Shown here: positions 1 to 9,568 of the stretch, piece after piece
How positions within the stretch are numbered: the first letter of the stretch is position 1
Layout: the number at the start of each line of letters is the position of its first letter
Assembly: GCA_017542055.1 (NCBI GenBank)
Contig: JAFXXW010000007.1
Coordinates: 1-60,996, forward strand
Length of the DNA stretch: 60,996 nucleotides
Direction: 5' to 3'
DNA from: Kiritimatiellia bacterium
GTDB lineage: Bacteria; Verrucomicrobiota; Kiritimatiellia; RFP12; UBA1067
Notes under the pieces: generated by a model
Databases searched by the model: none
Told to the model about the DNA's origin: nothing
What the model saw: only the letters and a program-made list of their open reading frames with translations
Program-made: the position numbers and the translations under genes

Positions 1-285
1 CTCGATTCTGCAAGGTGCCATAACCCTCGGCCCCAAACCCATATCCAAAAAGAAATCCAACCTCGAAAGTGTCCGAATTCTGACGAACAACAATCAGCGC
101 AACTCAAACAAAAGTGTCTTTTCTACTTGACGAACTGGGCTTCCCCACCCTCCATTGGCCATTGGTACTGGTATTGGATATTTCCACATTTCCACATTAA
201 AGCAAAGTCTGAAGGAAGCCTCCAGTGACAATGCAGTCATTCCCGGTTGGATACGTCTCAGCTGGAGCTGAGCCTTCAGACAGCC

Positions 286-380
286 GATATTATATCATAT
301 TTCCACCCCGCTCGTCAAGCGGAAAGTGCAAAAACTCCCCAACTCCAAAACTCCCCCGAACGAAAGCAACTCCCCGCCCC
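286..380 (-). promoter_or_regulatory. Conserved promoter module, copy A: minus-strand TTGACG-18nt-TGATATAAT promoter plus ~60 bp conserved upstream tract, firing leftward into AT-rich DNA
   Basis: Reverse strand reads TTGACG (318-313), 18-nt spacer, TGATATAAT (297-289). 319-380 is near-identical to 36201-36260 and related to 58421-58476 (repeated GGAGTTT tracts). Confidence 0.6.
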
Positions 381-411
381 ATTTTGCTATTTGCCGGGCG
401 GAGATTAGCCC

Positions 412-441
412 TTGACAAGGGCGGGAGATTTATGGTATAAT
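412..441 (+). promoter_or_regulatory. Promoter of the lactate permease gene (TTGACA-18nt-TGGTATAAT)
   Basis: TTGACA 412-417, 18-nt spacer, TG at 433-434, TATAAT 436-441. ATG 442 abuts the -10 box. ATG 448 is the 7th nt downstream, the expected transcription start position. Confidence 0.65.
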
Positions 442-447
442 ATGGAT

Positions 448-1833
448 ATGATCGAGACTATTTGGGCTTTGATGCCGATTGCGGTATTGGTGGCGATGCT
501 GATGGCGTTGCGCGCGCCGGCGTGGCTGGCGGCGTTGGCGGCGCTCCTCACCGGCGCGGCGGAGGCGTATTGGCGCTACGCGACGGGACTCGGGGGCCTC
601 GCGCGCTGCTCGCTGGAAGGCGCGGCGACGGGGCTTTATCCCATCGGGCTCGTGATCGTGGCGGCGCTCTTCACCTACGCCATCACGGTGGAGTCGGGCG
701 CGGTGAACGAAATCAAGTCTGGCCTCGCCCGGCTGTCGCCGGACAAGCGATTCTTCGCGCTGCTCACGGTGTGGGGTTTCGGCAACTTCATGGAAGGCAT
801 GGCGGGCTTCGGCACCGCGGTGGCCATTCCCTGCGCGATTCTGGTGGGCGTGGGCTTCGATCCGGTCAAGGCGGTGCTGTGCGCGCTCGTGGCCAACACC
901 ACGCCTACCGCGTTCGGGTCGGTGGGGGTGCCCACGATGATGCTCGCCAAGGTGACGGGACTCGAAACGATGCGCCTTACCGCCACCATCGCGACCGCGC
1001 AGCTTGCGGTCACCGCGCTTTCGCCCTTCCTCATTCTCTACATCGTGGACGGACTTAAAGGCGTGCGCGAATGCTACAAGCTGGCGCTTTCGGCCGACGT
1101 GGCGTTTCTCGTGCCGTGGCTCGTCACCGCGCTTTTCCTCGGGTGCGAACTCCCCAACGTGATGGGCGGCATCGTCGTGATGGCGACGCTGGCCCTGAAA
1201 GGCGACTGGCGCAGTCTCGACGCGCGCAAACAGGCGCAGGCGTGGCTGCCCTTCGCGCTGGTGGTGGCGGCGCTGGGACTCTCGGCCGCGCTGGTGCCGG
1301 CGCGCTTCAAACCTTCGCCGGGCGTGCTCATTCTCCTGGCGGCCATTCCGGGGGGACTCCTCCAGCGCGTAAGCCTGCTGCGACTTTTGAAACTGCTTTT
1401 AACCACCATCAAAAAGTATTCGCTCGCGCTCCTCACCATCTGCCTCGTGCTGGCGCTCGCCAAGATCATGGGCAAGTCCGGCATGACGGGACAGCTGGCC
1501 GACGCGCTCATCGCCGCCACCGGACGCGGCTACGCGTTCTTCGCGACGGCGGTGGGGTCGCTGGGCGGTTTCGTGACGGGTTCGGGGACGAGTTCCAACG
1601 TGCTGTTCGGGTCGCTGCAGGCCAGCGTGGGGTCCACCGAAGCCCAGCAATATCTCTTCGCGGCGGCCAACGTGATGGGCGCGGGCATCGGGAAGATGAT
1701 CTGTCCCCAGTCGATCGTGCTCGGCTGCGCGGCCACAGGTCTTGCCGGGCGCGAGAGCGAGATCATGCGCAAGGCGCTCGGTTATTTTCTCGCGGTGCTG
1801 CTCTTGGCCTGCATCACGATCGCGGCGATGTGA
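448..1833 (+). CDS. lctP: L-lactate/glycolate permease (LctP family)
   Basis: ORF 412..1833. Polytopic membrane protein with GFGNFMEGMAGFGTAVAIP and GSGTSSNVLFGSLQ motifs typical of the LctP/GlcA family. Start set at ATG 448 from promoter geometry; 412 or 442 are also possible. Confidence 0.85.
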   Translation: MIETIWALMPIAVLVAMLMALRAPAWLAALAALLTGAAEAYWRYATGLGGLARCSLEGAATGLYPIGLVIVAALFTYAITVESGAVNEIKSGLARLSPDKRFFALLTVWGFGNFMEGMAGFGTAVAIPCAILVGVGFDPVKAVLCALVANTTPTAFGSVGVPTMMLAKVTGLETMRLTATIATAQLAVTALSPFLILYIVDGLKGVRECYKLALSADVAFLVPWLVTALFLGCELPNVMGGIVVMATLALKGDWRSLDARKQAQAWLPFALVVAALGLSAALVPARFKPSPGVLILLAAIPGGLLQRVSLLRLLKLLLTTIKKYSLALLTICLVLALAKIMGKSGMTGQLADALIAATGRGYAFFATAVGSLGGFVTGSGTSSNVLFGSLQASVGSTEAQQYLFAAANVMGAGIGKMICPQSIVLGCAATGLAGRESEIMRKALGYFLAVLLLACITIAAM

Positions 1834-2882
1834 TTTAGGTCGGACCGGTCAAGCCCCGTGCCCGACGGCAAGCAAAGCCCGCGCGCAAAGAGGTCTTCCG
1901 CCACTTTGCCGCCATGTGTTTTGAGGCCGGCGAAGACGGGCTGGAGATGGAGCGGCTTCCACACCGGGCGGACCTCGATATCGGCCTTTTCGAACGCAGC
2001 GATCATCCGGTCGCGCTCGGCCTCGTCGCGACAAAGCATCACGTTGAGCCAATGGTTTTCGCCTTCGACGGGCGGGAGGAAGTCGAGTCCCGTTTCGCGA
2101 TAGCACCGCGCGGTGGCGGCGCGTTTTTCGAGAATGGCGGGGAGCCGGTCGAGCTGGGCGAGGCCTACGGCGGCCAGGAGATTGGACAAGCGGTAATTGT
2201 ACCCCACGCGCTTGTGTTCGTACCAGAGCACGGGTTCGCGCGCCTGCTGCGAACGCGACTTCACCGCGGCGGCGAGGTCGGGATCGTCGGTGAGCACGGC
2301 CCCGCCCCCGGAGGTGGTGACGATCTTGTTGCCGTTGAAGGAGTAGACGGCCGCCCTGCCCGCAATGCCGGCCGGACCTTGGGGCGAGGTGGCGCCCACC
2401 GCCTCGGCGCTGTCGGAAATAAAGACCGCCTGGTGCTTCAAGGCGATGGCCTCGAGGCGCGCATAGTCGGCGCAGCGACCGTACAGATCGACGGAGACGA
2501 TCAGGCGCTTGGCCGTGGCGCACTGCGCGAGGGCGGAATCGAGGAGGTCGCAGTCGATATTGCCGGCGGGGGTGGAATCGACAAATTCCAACCGGGCGCC
2601 GCGATGGAACGCGGGACCGACCGTAGCCATGAAAGTGAGCGTGGGGGCGAAGACGGTCCAGGAGGCATCGACGCCGTAAAAGTCCATCAGCAGATCGAGC
2701 GCGGCCGTGCCGCTCGACACCGCCACCGCGTACCGGCGACGGGCAAGCGCGGCGAGGCGACGCTCGAACTCGTCCACCTGCGGGCCGCAAGGCGCGATGT
2801 AGTTGGAATCGAACGCGCGCGATACGAGATGGCGCTCGAGCTCGCCCACGAACGGAGGAGAAAGGAAAATGCGGTCACTCAT
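1782..2882 (-). CDS. DegT/DnrJ/EryC1/StrS-family PLP-dependent sugar aminotransferase
   Basis: ORF 1782..3023 trimmed to MSDRIFLSPP. SGTAALDLL and YSFNGNKIVTTSGGGAVLTDD (PLP-lysine region) are typical of the family. The longer ORF N-terminus runs into the upstream gene. Confidence 0.8.
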   Translation of the reverse strand: MSDRIFLSPPFVGELERHLVSRAFDSNYIAPCGPQVDEFERRLAALARRRYAVAVSSGTAALDLLMDFYGVDASWTVFAPTLTFMATVGPAFHRGARLEFVDSTPAGNIDCDLLDSALAQCATAKRLIVSVDLYGRCADYARLEAIALKHQAVFISDSAEAVGATSPQGPAGIAGRAAVYSFNGNKIVTTSGGGAVLTDDPDLAAAVKSRSQQAREPVLWYEHKRVGYNYRLSNLLAAVGLAQLDRLPAILEKRAATARCYRETGLDFLPPVEGENHWLNVMLCRDEAERDRMIAAFEKADIEVRPVWKPLHLQPVFAGLKTHGGKVAEDLFARGLCLPSGTGLDRSDLNHIAAIVMQAKSSTARK

Positions 2883-4302
2883 GGTAGCGAATCGGCTCCT
2901 TGCCGGCGCGGATGCGTCGATAGGTTTTGGTTTTGACGTCGTAATAGCAGCACTCGACTTCCGGCAGCGCGGGGGCGCCGTCCGCCACGAAGTACCCCTT
3001 CCATTCCCCGGGTTGCCAAGCAAAGGCGGCGCCCGGCGGGAGGTAGGAGTCGGGGACGTAGACCGTTTGCGTCGTCGGGGAGAAGAGTCGGCAAGTGACG
3101 GTGATCACGTCGTTGGTGCCCACGTCGAGCGAGTCGGGGAAAGTTTTGAGCGTCAGGTCTTGACCCAGAATGCCGGAGAAGTCGGCCGGTTGCGAGTCTG
3201 GGTCGAGCGGCGACGCCTTGACGGCGATGGGGGCGGTACGGACGGGGAACGCCTGTATGCTAGTGAACGAGCTGTAAAAGCCGCCCCGACGCGTCTCTTG
3301 GGACGTCTCGACCCGGACGGTAACGTCAAAGGCCAGCGCGGGATTGTCCACCGGCGCCAGGTAGCGGGCGGGCAAGCGGTAGCGATTTTTGCCGGCCGGC
3401 TGCAAGTCGCCCAGCGACAGCGCGAAAGCGTTGTCGGGCTCGACGGACGAAATCGACACGGTACCGGACGCTTGCGTCTCCAAAGCAAAGAGGAAGTCGA
3501 ATTCCTCGCCCACTTTGATCTCCGGCTTGGAAAGCGACACCGTGATCAGCGCCACGGCCGCGAAATGCTTGATGGTTTTGCCGAGCGCGAGCATGACCAC
3601 GACAAAGGCTAGAAGCCACCCGGCCACCACCTGGAGCTGGGTGACAAGCGGCATTTTGAGGAGCGGACGCAGCACCACGCGCCAAGCGGGCAGTTCCGCG
3701 TAAGGATTGCCGAGCAGCCGGGCGCGCGCGGCGATCATGGCCGACTCGATGACGGGGTCCTGACCGTAGCGCCAGGCGAGCGAGTTAAGGCGCTCGAGCG
3801 CTTCGGCGGGCTGGCCGGAATGGAGGAGCCGGCGAATGGCGAACCAGTCGTCCGGCGTGCCGGAGGGTCCGTCTTCGGTCGGGATGGGCGGCATGGCGTC
3901 CCCCTCCTCGTCGAGCGCGATATCGACCGCTTGGCCGGGCCGGGCGTGGACGGGAATCTCATTGGTGCGAAAGACGAGATCGCCGCATCGGAAGTCGATG
4001 GGGGGAAACCTAAGGACGCCGGCTTTGAGGGGACGGATGCGCCAAGTCACCCGACGGGCGGTAGGGATGGTGTCCGTTTTGGCGGAGGCTTGGTCGAGTT
4101 TCCAGACGGTCGGGTCCAGGGCGGAAGCGAGCCTGGGCGGATGGAGAGAGGAAAAGTCCGCCTCGCCGATAAAGTCCATCGTCAGCGTCATGGGGTCGCC
4201 CACCGTCACGTTGTTGACGTCGAAAAACGCGCGGGCGGACAGCTTGGTGCCGGTTACGCCGGTCAGCTCGATGACCGCCATCAGTAGGGCCGCGAGCATC
4301 AT
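2875..4302 (-). CDS. Membrane-anchored protein with two beta-rich ectodomains, BatD-like (oxygen-tolerance family) by eye
   Basis: ORF 2875..4539 trimmed to MMLAALL at 4302 (ATGA overlap with the upstream stop). Has a hydrophobic N-terminus and a central TM segment (VVAGWLLAFVVVMLAL). The family assignment is a visual impression only. Confidence 0.4.
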   Translation of the reverse strand: MMLAALLMAVIELTGVTGTKLSARAFFDVNNVTVGDPMTLTMDFIGEADFSSLHPPRLASALDPTVWKLDQASAKTDTIPTARRVTWRIRPLKAGVLRFPPIDFRCGDLVFRTNEIPVHARPGQAVDIALDEEGDAMPPIPTEDGPSGTPDDWFAIRRLLHSGQPAEALERLNSLAWRYGQDPVIESAMIAARARLLGNPYAELPAWRVVLRPLLKMPLVTQLQVVAGWLLAFVVVMLALGKTIKHFAAVALITVSLSKPEIKVGEEFDFLFALETQASGTVSISSVEPDNAFALSLGDLQPAGKNRYRLPARYLAPVDNPALAFDVTVRVETSQETRRGGFYSSFTSIQAFPVRTAPIAVKASPLDPDSQPADFSGILGQDLTLKTFPDSLDVGTNDVITVTCRLFSPTTQTVYVPDSYLPPGAAFAWQPGEWKGYFVADGAPALPEVECCYYDVKTKTYRRIRAGKEPIRYHE

Positions 4303-5201
4303 CGTCCTTGCACCTTGTAGCGAATGGTGAGCGACTCGCGCGAGAAGCGGTCGATGAATTCTTTGGAAAGTCCGCGCACGATGCCGACCGAACGGGCCAC
4401 GTCCAGCGCGGCGCGGTCGGAAATCTTGTCGCCGCAGGACTTGGCGAGACGCACGTCCACCATTCGACCCGAAGTGGCGAATTTGACGGACAGGTACACC
4501 GTGCCGTCCGCGCCCACTTTGGGCATCATGGCGTCCCATTTTTCGTTGAGCGCCATCTGGATGAGACTCACCCCCAGCTGCAGGTCGCTTTCGGCCAGCT
4601 GGTTGGCGGTGCCGGGCCTGTAGCCGGCGTTGAGAAGCTTTTGGATTTCCGCCTGCGACATCGTCTGCTTGGCAGTGCGACCGTTGCCGGTGGGAACGTT
4701 TTTGACCTTGATCTTCACTTCCTTGGCGCTCTCGCGCATCCGCTTGAGCCGGTCCTCCGGGGATTCCTTGGGCTTCTCCGGCTTTTTCTCCTCCTTGGGG
4801 GGATCGGGCTTTTTGACCTCGGGCTTCTTTTCTTCCTTGGGCGGGTCGGGCTTTTTGACTTCCGGCTTGGGCTTTTCCTTGACGTACTCCACCGCCTCCT
4901 GCTTGGAGTCGATTTTGGGAATCTCCTCCACCTTGGGCGGGTCGGGCTTTTTGACTTCCGGCTTGGGCGGTTCGGGTTCGGGGTTGTCGAGGGGCGGGGG
5001 CTCGTTGTCCACGCCGTCCAGATTCTCGTTGACGATCACGGTGAGGTCGATGGGGATCACCGTCTCCTTGGGCTGGAACTTGAAGAGCGCAATCGACGCG
5101 AGAATGGTGAAGAAGACGATATGCACCAAAAGCGAAACGCCCAAGGTAAAGGGCGAAACCACTTCCGGCGGACGGCTATCGGCTTCGGGCGAGTACATCA
5201 T
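4299..5201 (-). CDS. tonB: TonB-like energy transducer with Pro/Lys/Glu-rich repeat spacer
   Basis: ORF 4299..5240, start set at MMYSPEAD (5201, ATGA overlap with the exbD stop). It has an N-terminal TM anchor, KPEVKKPDPPKEEKK repeats and a C-terminal TonB/TolA-type domain. Position is directly after exbB-exbD. Confidence 0.7.
   Translation of the reverse strand: MMYSPEADSRPPEVVSPFTLGVSLLVHIVFFTILASIALFKFQPKETVIPIDLTVIVNENLDGVDNEPPPLDNPEPEPPKPEVKKPDPPKVEEIPKIDSKQEAVEYVKEKPKPEVKKPDPPKEEKKPEVKKPDPPKEEKKPEKPKESPEDRLKRMRESAKEVKIKVKNVPTGNGRTAKQTMSQAEIQKLLNAGYRPGTANQLAESDLQLGVSLIQMALNEKWDAMMPKVGADGTVYLSVKFATSGRMVDVRLAKSCGDKISDRAALDVARSVGIVRGLSKEFIDRFSRESLTIRYKVQGR
4793..4966 (-). repeat. In-frame coding tandem repeats inside tonB-like gene
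   Basis: Three copies of ccttggg(g/c)g(g/a)tcgggctttttgac(c/t)tc(g/c)ggctt start at about 4793, 4835 and 4931. They encode the KKPDPPK(E/V)E units. Confidence 0.8.
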
Positions 5202-5611
5202 TTTTCCACCGTCACAAGACTCATCTTGCGGATCTTGCACTTGTAGATGATTTTGACCACGTTCATCACGCTGCCGTAGTTGAGCCGCTCGTCGCCGCGC
5301 ACCAGCACGGGCACGTCGGGGTCGGCTTCGGCCATCGCCTTGAGTTTTTCCTCCAGTTCCTCGGAGGTGAGCGGCTTGTCGTTGAGAAAGATGCGCCCTA
5401 CCGAGTCGACCGTGACCGTGTTGGCCTTGCCGTCCTTGGTGGGCAGCTCGTCCGTCTTGGCCTGCGGCAGGAGAATGGACACGCCCTGCTCCAGCGCGGG
5501 CAGAGTGACGATGAACGTCACGAGCAGCAGAAAGGTGAGGTCGATGAGCGAATTCATGTCGATCTGGGCTTTGGGCCGCTCCACCCGCCGCCGGCGTCTG
5601 CCTAGCGCCAT
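5198..5611 (-). CDS. exbD: Biopolymer transport protein ExbD/TolR
   Basis: 137 aa with a single TM (LIDLTFLLLVTFIVTLP) and a periplasmic domain (DPDVPVLVRGDERLNYGSVMNVV) typical of ExbD. Confidence 0.85.
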   Translation of the reverse strand: MALGRRRRRVERPKAQIDMNSLIDLTFLLLVTFIVTLPALEQGVSILLPQAKTDELPTKDGKANTVTVDSVGRIFLNDKPLTSEELEEKLKAMAEADPDVPVLVRGDERLNYGSVMNVVKIIYKCKIRKMSLVTVEK

Positions 5612-5615
5612 CGGA

Positions 5616-6341
5616 TCACTCTCCCCTGCCCTGGAACTCGCAGGCGATGCGACCGATCAGCTCGTCCGCGAAACCTTCCATGCCGGACACCACGTTGCGC
5701 ACGGTGGCGGTGAGCTTGTTGTAGGCCATCACGCCGGGAATGGCAATCAAGAGTCCCACTACGGTAGTGACGAGCGCCGACGAAATCGAAGGCGCGATGG
5801 TGGCCAGATTGGCGCTGCCGGCCGAGCCCATTTCCGCAAACGCGTCCAGCACGCCCCAGACCGTGCCCAAAAGACCCAGCATCGGCGAAAGCGCCACGAT
5901 GGTGGCTATGGCGCCCATGCCGCGTTCGACCTTGATTTCCTCCTCGTCGAGCGCGTGTTCGCAGGCGCCCTTCACGAGTTCGATTTCGCGCACGGTCAGG
6001 GCGGCGGCGTTGGGATTGCCCGACCCGCGTCCGGTGAGCATGGTGCGGGTGTTGGGGGTGAGAAGCTTGAGGAGCCGGTCGCAAGTGCGCGCGTAGATTC
6101 CCTCCAAGCAGGCGGAAGTGACGGCTGGACGGTTGCGGAAATAGTATTCGAGCACTTCCTTGTCCTCGGAGAAGTCGCGAATGAAGCGCCGCACCAGCAT
6201 GCCCATGAAGCCGAGTTCCTTGAACTTGCCGATGATGACGGCCAGCATCACCACGCTGCCCAGGAGCTGCAGAGCCACGATGCCCTGTCCCATCAGATTG
6301 GATTTAACGAAACCTTCAACCAGCGAATTGGCCAGCAGCAT
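5616..6341 (-). CDS. exbB: MotA/TolQ/ExbB proton channel protein
   Basis: LGLLGTVWGVLDAF...LVTTVVGLLIAIPGVMAYN is the conserved ExbB/TolQ C-terminal core. An alternative start at 6293 (MGQGIVAL) would remove the overlap with rnhC. Confidence 0.85.
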   Translation of the reverse strand: MLLANSLVEGFVKSNLMGQGIVALQLLGSVVMLAVIIGKFKELGFMGMLVRRFIRDFSEDKEVLEYYFRNRPAVTSACLEGIYARTCDRLLKLLTPNTRTMLTGRGSGNPNAAALTVREIELVKGACEHALDEEEIKVERGMGAIATIVALSPMLGLLGTVWGVLDAFAEMGSAGSANLATIAPSISSALVTTVVGLLIAIPGVMAYNKLTATVRNVVSGMEGFADELIGRIACEFQGRGE

Positions 6342-7323
6342 TTGTCACCTGTCCTTCCGGCGGCAGATCCTTGCGGGAAAAGCCGCATGCTTCCAGCACC
6401 TGATCGGTGGTGCGGAAATGAGTTTTGCAATGGTTCATGAGATAATTGACACCCTCGGCCTTGACCCGTTCGATGGCGAATTCCTTGACTCTGGGGTCGC
6501 TGGAACCGATGGGGAGCTTGTCTTCGGGCCGATCGCCCGACATGTCGCGCAGGAACAGCTCGCGGGCGATCACGGAGGCGGCGGCCACCGCGATGTCGCT
6601 CTCGGCCTTGTGCATCTGCACGAGTTCCGCCTTTTTCCCGCGCGGCTTGAGCGCCCGGGCGATTACCGCTTCGGTGCGCGCGAACTGGTCCACGACCACG
6701 CGGGGGCAGCCGGGCTGCTTGGTCAGCAGGTCCTCGATGGCGGTGGCGTGCGCCCAGGCGAGCATCCGGTTGATGTTGCGCATCTTGGCGTAGAGGCGAT
6801 TGTAGGCCGCGTTGCCCAGCTTGACCACCGAATAGCGCGCGGGGGTGAGCAGTTCGCGCAGCGCGGCGCCGGTTTTGAGCACCTGGGCGTCGCTCATCTG
6901 CTTGCAGTCGCGCGCGCCGAGGTCTTTCATCGCCTTGGAGAGCGTTTCGTCGGTGTAGCAGCAGCAAACCACGAGCGGACCGAAAAAGTCGCCCTTGCCG
7001 GACTCGTCGCTGCCGGCGTGCGGGGCGAAATTTTCGGGATGGAGCACGTCCTCGTAGCCGAGTTCGGCCCGCATGAGCACTTGGGGCTCGAGCGTGAAGA
7101 GGACGAAATCCTCCGCGCCCTTGCCCTGGATGCAGAGCTTGCGCTTGCCGTGCTTGACCTTCTCGTACAGCGTGGCGTTGAAGCCCGGGCCCTCGACGGA
7201 CCAGAGCGAGTAAGGTACTTCGCGCTTGCGATAGTTGCCGGACAGCATCACCCCCAGCAAGCGCTCCTGCTCGATCTCGGAGAGCTCGTAGGTGAAGACG
7301 GTCTTGCCGGGGGAGGCGTCCAT
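6316..7323 (-). CDS. rnhC: Ribonuclease HIII
   Basis: HAGSDESGKGDFFGPLVV catalytic motif, preceded by an N-terminal substrate-binding extension of about 85 aa, as in RNase HIII. Confidence 0.8.
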   Translation of the reverse strand: MDASPGKTVFTYELSEIEQERLLGVMLSGNYRKREVPYSLWSVEGPGFNATLYEKVKHGKRKLCIQGKGAEDFVLFTLEPQVLMRAELGYEDVLHPENFAPHAGSDESGKGDFFGPLVVCCCYTDETLSKAMKDLGARDCKQMSDAQVLKTGAALRELLTPARYSVVKLGNAAYNRLYAKMRNINRMLAWAHATAIEDLLTKQPGCPRVVVDQFARTEAVIARALKPRGKKAELVQMHKAESDIAVAAASVIARELFLRDMSGDRPEDKLPIGSSDPRVKEFAIERVKAEGVNYLMNHCKTHFRTTDQVLEACGFSRKDLPPEGQVTNAAGQFAG

Positions 7324-7329
7324 ATCGGC

Positions 7330-8505
7330 TTAGCGGCTCTTGGCGAACGCCTGGATGGCGAAGTCGATATCCTCTGGCGTGTGGGCGGCCGACATCTGCG
7401 TACGGATGCGCGCCTTGCCCATCGGCACGACGGGATAGAAGAAGGCGGTGGCGTAGACGCCGTTCTTGTAGAGGTTTTCGCTCATCTTGACGGCCACTAC
7501 CGCGTCGCCCAGCATGACGGGAACGATGGGGTGGTGTCCGGGCACGAGATCGAAACCGAGCGCGGACATGCCGGCGCGGAAGCGCTTGGCGTTGTCGTTC
7601 AGGCGCTGACGGAGTTCCGGACGCGTGCGGACGAGCTCGATGGCCTTGATGGACGCGGCCGCGACGGGCGGGGGAACGGCGTTGGAGAAAAGATAGGGAC
7701 GCGCCTTCTGGCGGAGGATGTCCACGATCTCCTGGCGGGCGGCCACGTAGCCGCCGGAAGCGCCGCCGAGCGCCTTGCCGAACGTGCCGGTGATGATGTC
7801 CACCCGGCCGGTGACGCCGCAATCCTCCACGCTGCCCGCGCCGGTCGGTCCCAGCACGCCGACGGCGTGGGAGTCGTCCACCATGACGAGCGCCTCGTAC
7901 TTGTCGGCGAGGTCGCAGATTTCCTTCAAGGGGGCGATGATGCCGTCCATCGAGAACACGCCGTCGGTCACGATCAGCTTGAAGCGCGCGCCCGCCTCGG
8001 AAGCGGCGACGAGCTGCTTTTCGAGGTCGGCCATGTCGCCGTTGGCGTAGCGGAAGCGCTTGGCCTTGCAGAGCCGGACGCCGTCGATGATCGAGGCGTG
8101 GTTGAGCGCGTCGGAGATGATGGCGTCTTCGGCCGAGAGCAGCGCCTCGAACACGCCGCCGTTGGCGTCGAAGCAGGAACCGAAGAGAATGCAGTCGTCG
8201 GTGCCGGTGAATTCCGCCACCGTGCGTTCGAGTTCCTTATGGAGCGAGTCCGTGCCGCAGATGAAGCGCACGGAGCCCATGCCGTAGCCGTACTTGGCGG
8301 TGGCCTCGCGCGAAGCCTCCAGGATCTCGGGGTGGTTGGCGAGACCCAGATAGTTGTTGGCGCACATGTTCAGGAGCCCGGTGCCGTTGTCCAGCAACAC
8401 GCGGGCGCCCTGGGGGGTGGCGATGATTTTTTCGTTCTTGTAGAGACTCTTGGCCTTCAGGTCGGCGATGGTCTCCTGCAGATGGGCTTGGAATTTTCCG
8501 TACAT
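7330..8505 (-). CDS. kbl: Glycine C-acetyltransferase (2-amino-3-ketobutyrate CoA ligase)
   Basis: Alpha-oxoamine synthase features ([31 protein letters not shown]-lysine). Classic pairing with tdh. Confidence 0.9.
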   Translation of the reverse strand: MYGKFQAHLQETIADLKAKSLYKNEKIIATPQGARVLLDNGTGLLNMCANNYLGLANHPEILEASREATAKYGYGMGSVRFICGTDSLHKELERTVAEFTGTDDCILFGSCFDANGGVFEALLSAEDAIISDALNHASIIDGVRLCKAKRFRYANGDMADLEKQLVAASEAGARFKLIVTDGVFSMDGIIAPLKEICDLADKYEALVMVDDSHAVGVLGPTGAGSVEDCGVTGRVDIITGTFGKALGGASGGYVAARQEIVDILRQKARPYLFSNAVPPPVAAASIKAIELVRTRPELRQRLNDNAKRFRAGMSALGFDLVPGHHPIVPVMLGDAVVAVKMSENLYKNGVYATAFFYPVVPMGKARIRTQMSAAHTPEDIDFAIQAFAKSR

Positions 8506-8518
8506 TTTCGTTTCCTCC

Positions 8519-9547
8519 TTAAGCTTCCCAGTCGAGGATGACCTTGCCGGACTGTCCGGAGATCATGGCCTCGAAACCTTTTTCGAAGTCGGTGTATTTG
8601 TAGTGGTGGGTGATGACCGGGCTGATGTCGAGCCCGCCCTGGATCATGGCGCTCATCTTGTACCAGGTCTCGAACATTTCGCGTCCGTAGATGCCCTTGA
8701 TCTTGAGACCCTTCCAGACGATGTGGTTCCAGTTGACCCTGGTGTCGGGGCCGTGGATGCCCAGGAGCGCAATGCGTCCGCCGGTGTTCATGGCCTCGAT
8801 CATCTGGTTGAGGCAGGGACCGGCGCCGGACATTTCGAGGCCCACGTCGAAACCTTCCACCATGCCGAGCTCCTTCATGACGTCCTCGAGCTTCTCGTTG
8901 CGGGCGTTCACCGTGCGGGTGGCGCCCAGCTTTTTCGCGAGGTCCAGGCGGTAGTCGTTGAGGTCCACCACCACCACGTTGCGCGCGCCCACGTACTTGG
9001 AGATGCCGGCGGCCATGATGCCGATGGGACCTGCGCCGGTGATGAGCACGTCCTCGCCCACCATGTTGAAGCTCAGCGCGGTGTGCGTGGCGTTGCCGAA
9101 CGGATCGAAGATGGCGTAGAGGTCGTCGCTGATGGACGGATCGCAATGCCACACGTTGGATTCGGGGATGCAGAGATATTCCGCAAACGCGCCGTCGCGA
9201 TTGACGCCCACGCCCATCGTGTCGCGGCAGAGATGGCGCTGGCCGGCGCGGCAGTTGCGGCAGTGGCCGCAAACGATGTGGCCTTCGCCGGAGACGCGCT
9301 CGCCCACCTTGACGCTCTTGACGTTGGAGCCCACTTCCACCACTTCGCCCACGTATTCGTGGCCGATGGTCATGGGCGGCTTGATGGTTTCCTGCGCCCA
9401 GCTGTTCCACTCGTAGATGTGGACGTCGGTGCCGCAGATGGCGGTTTTCTTGATCTTGATGAGCACGTCGTTGATGCCCACCTGGGGGATCGGTTTTTCT
9501 ACCAGTTCAACGCCCTTTTGGGCGGCGGTTTTGGCAATTGCTTTCAT
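8519..9547 (-). CDS. tdh: L-threonine 3-dehydrogenase
   Basis: Zn-dependent ADH fold ([30 protein letters not shown]). Adjacent to kbl. An AGGA Shine-Dalgarno lies upstream. Confidence 0.9.
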   Translation of the reverse strand: MKAIAKTAAQKGVELVEKPIPQVGINDVLIKIKKTAICGTDVHIYEWNSWAQETIKPPMTIGHEYVGEVVEVGSNVKSVKVGERVSGEGHIVCGHCRNCRAGQRHLCRDTMGVGVNRDGAFAEYLCIPESNVWHCDPSISDDLYAIFDPFGNATHTALSFNMVGEDVLITGAGPIGIMAAGISKYVGARNVVVVDLNDYRLDLAKKLGATRTVNARNEKLEDVMKELGMVEGFDVGLEMSGAGPCLNQMIEAMNTGGRIALLGIHGPDTRVNWNHIVWKGLKIKGIYGREMFETWYKMSAMIQGGLDISPVITHHYKYTDFEKGFEAMISGQSGKVILDWEA

Positions 9548-9568
9548 GGAATTTTATTCATCCTTGAC

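Noticed and set aside
6160-8541. 793-aa plus-strand ORF, and similar long plus-strand ORFs (e.g. 10815..12563, 16102..17586, 21716..23815, 24447..25982, 46941..48791, 59101..60444)
   Set aside because: They lie antisense to minus-strand genes with clear family motifs. Their translations are Arg/Gly/His/Ala-rich with no motifs. Long antisense ORFs are expected in high-GC DNA.
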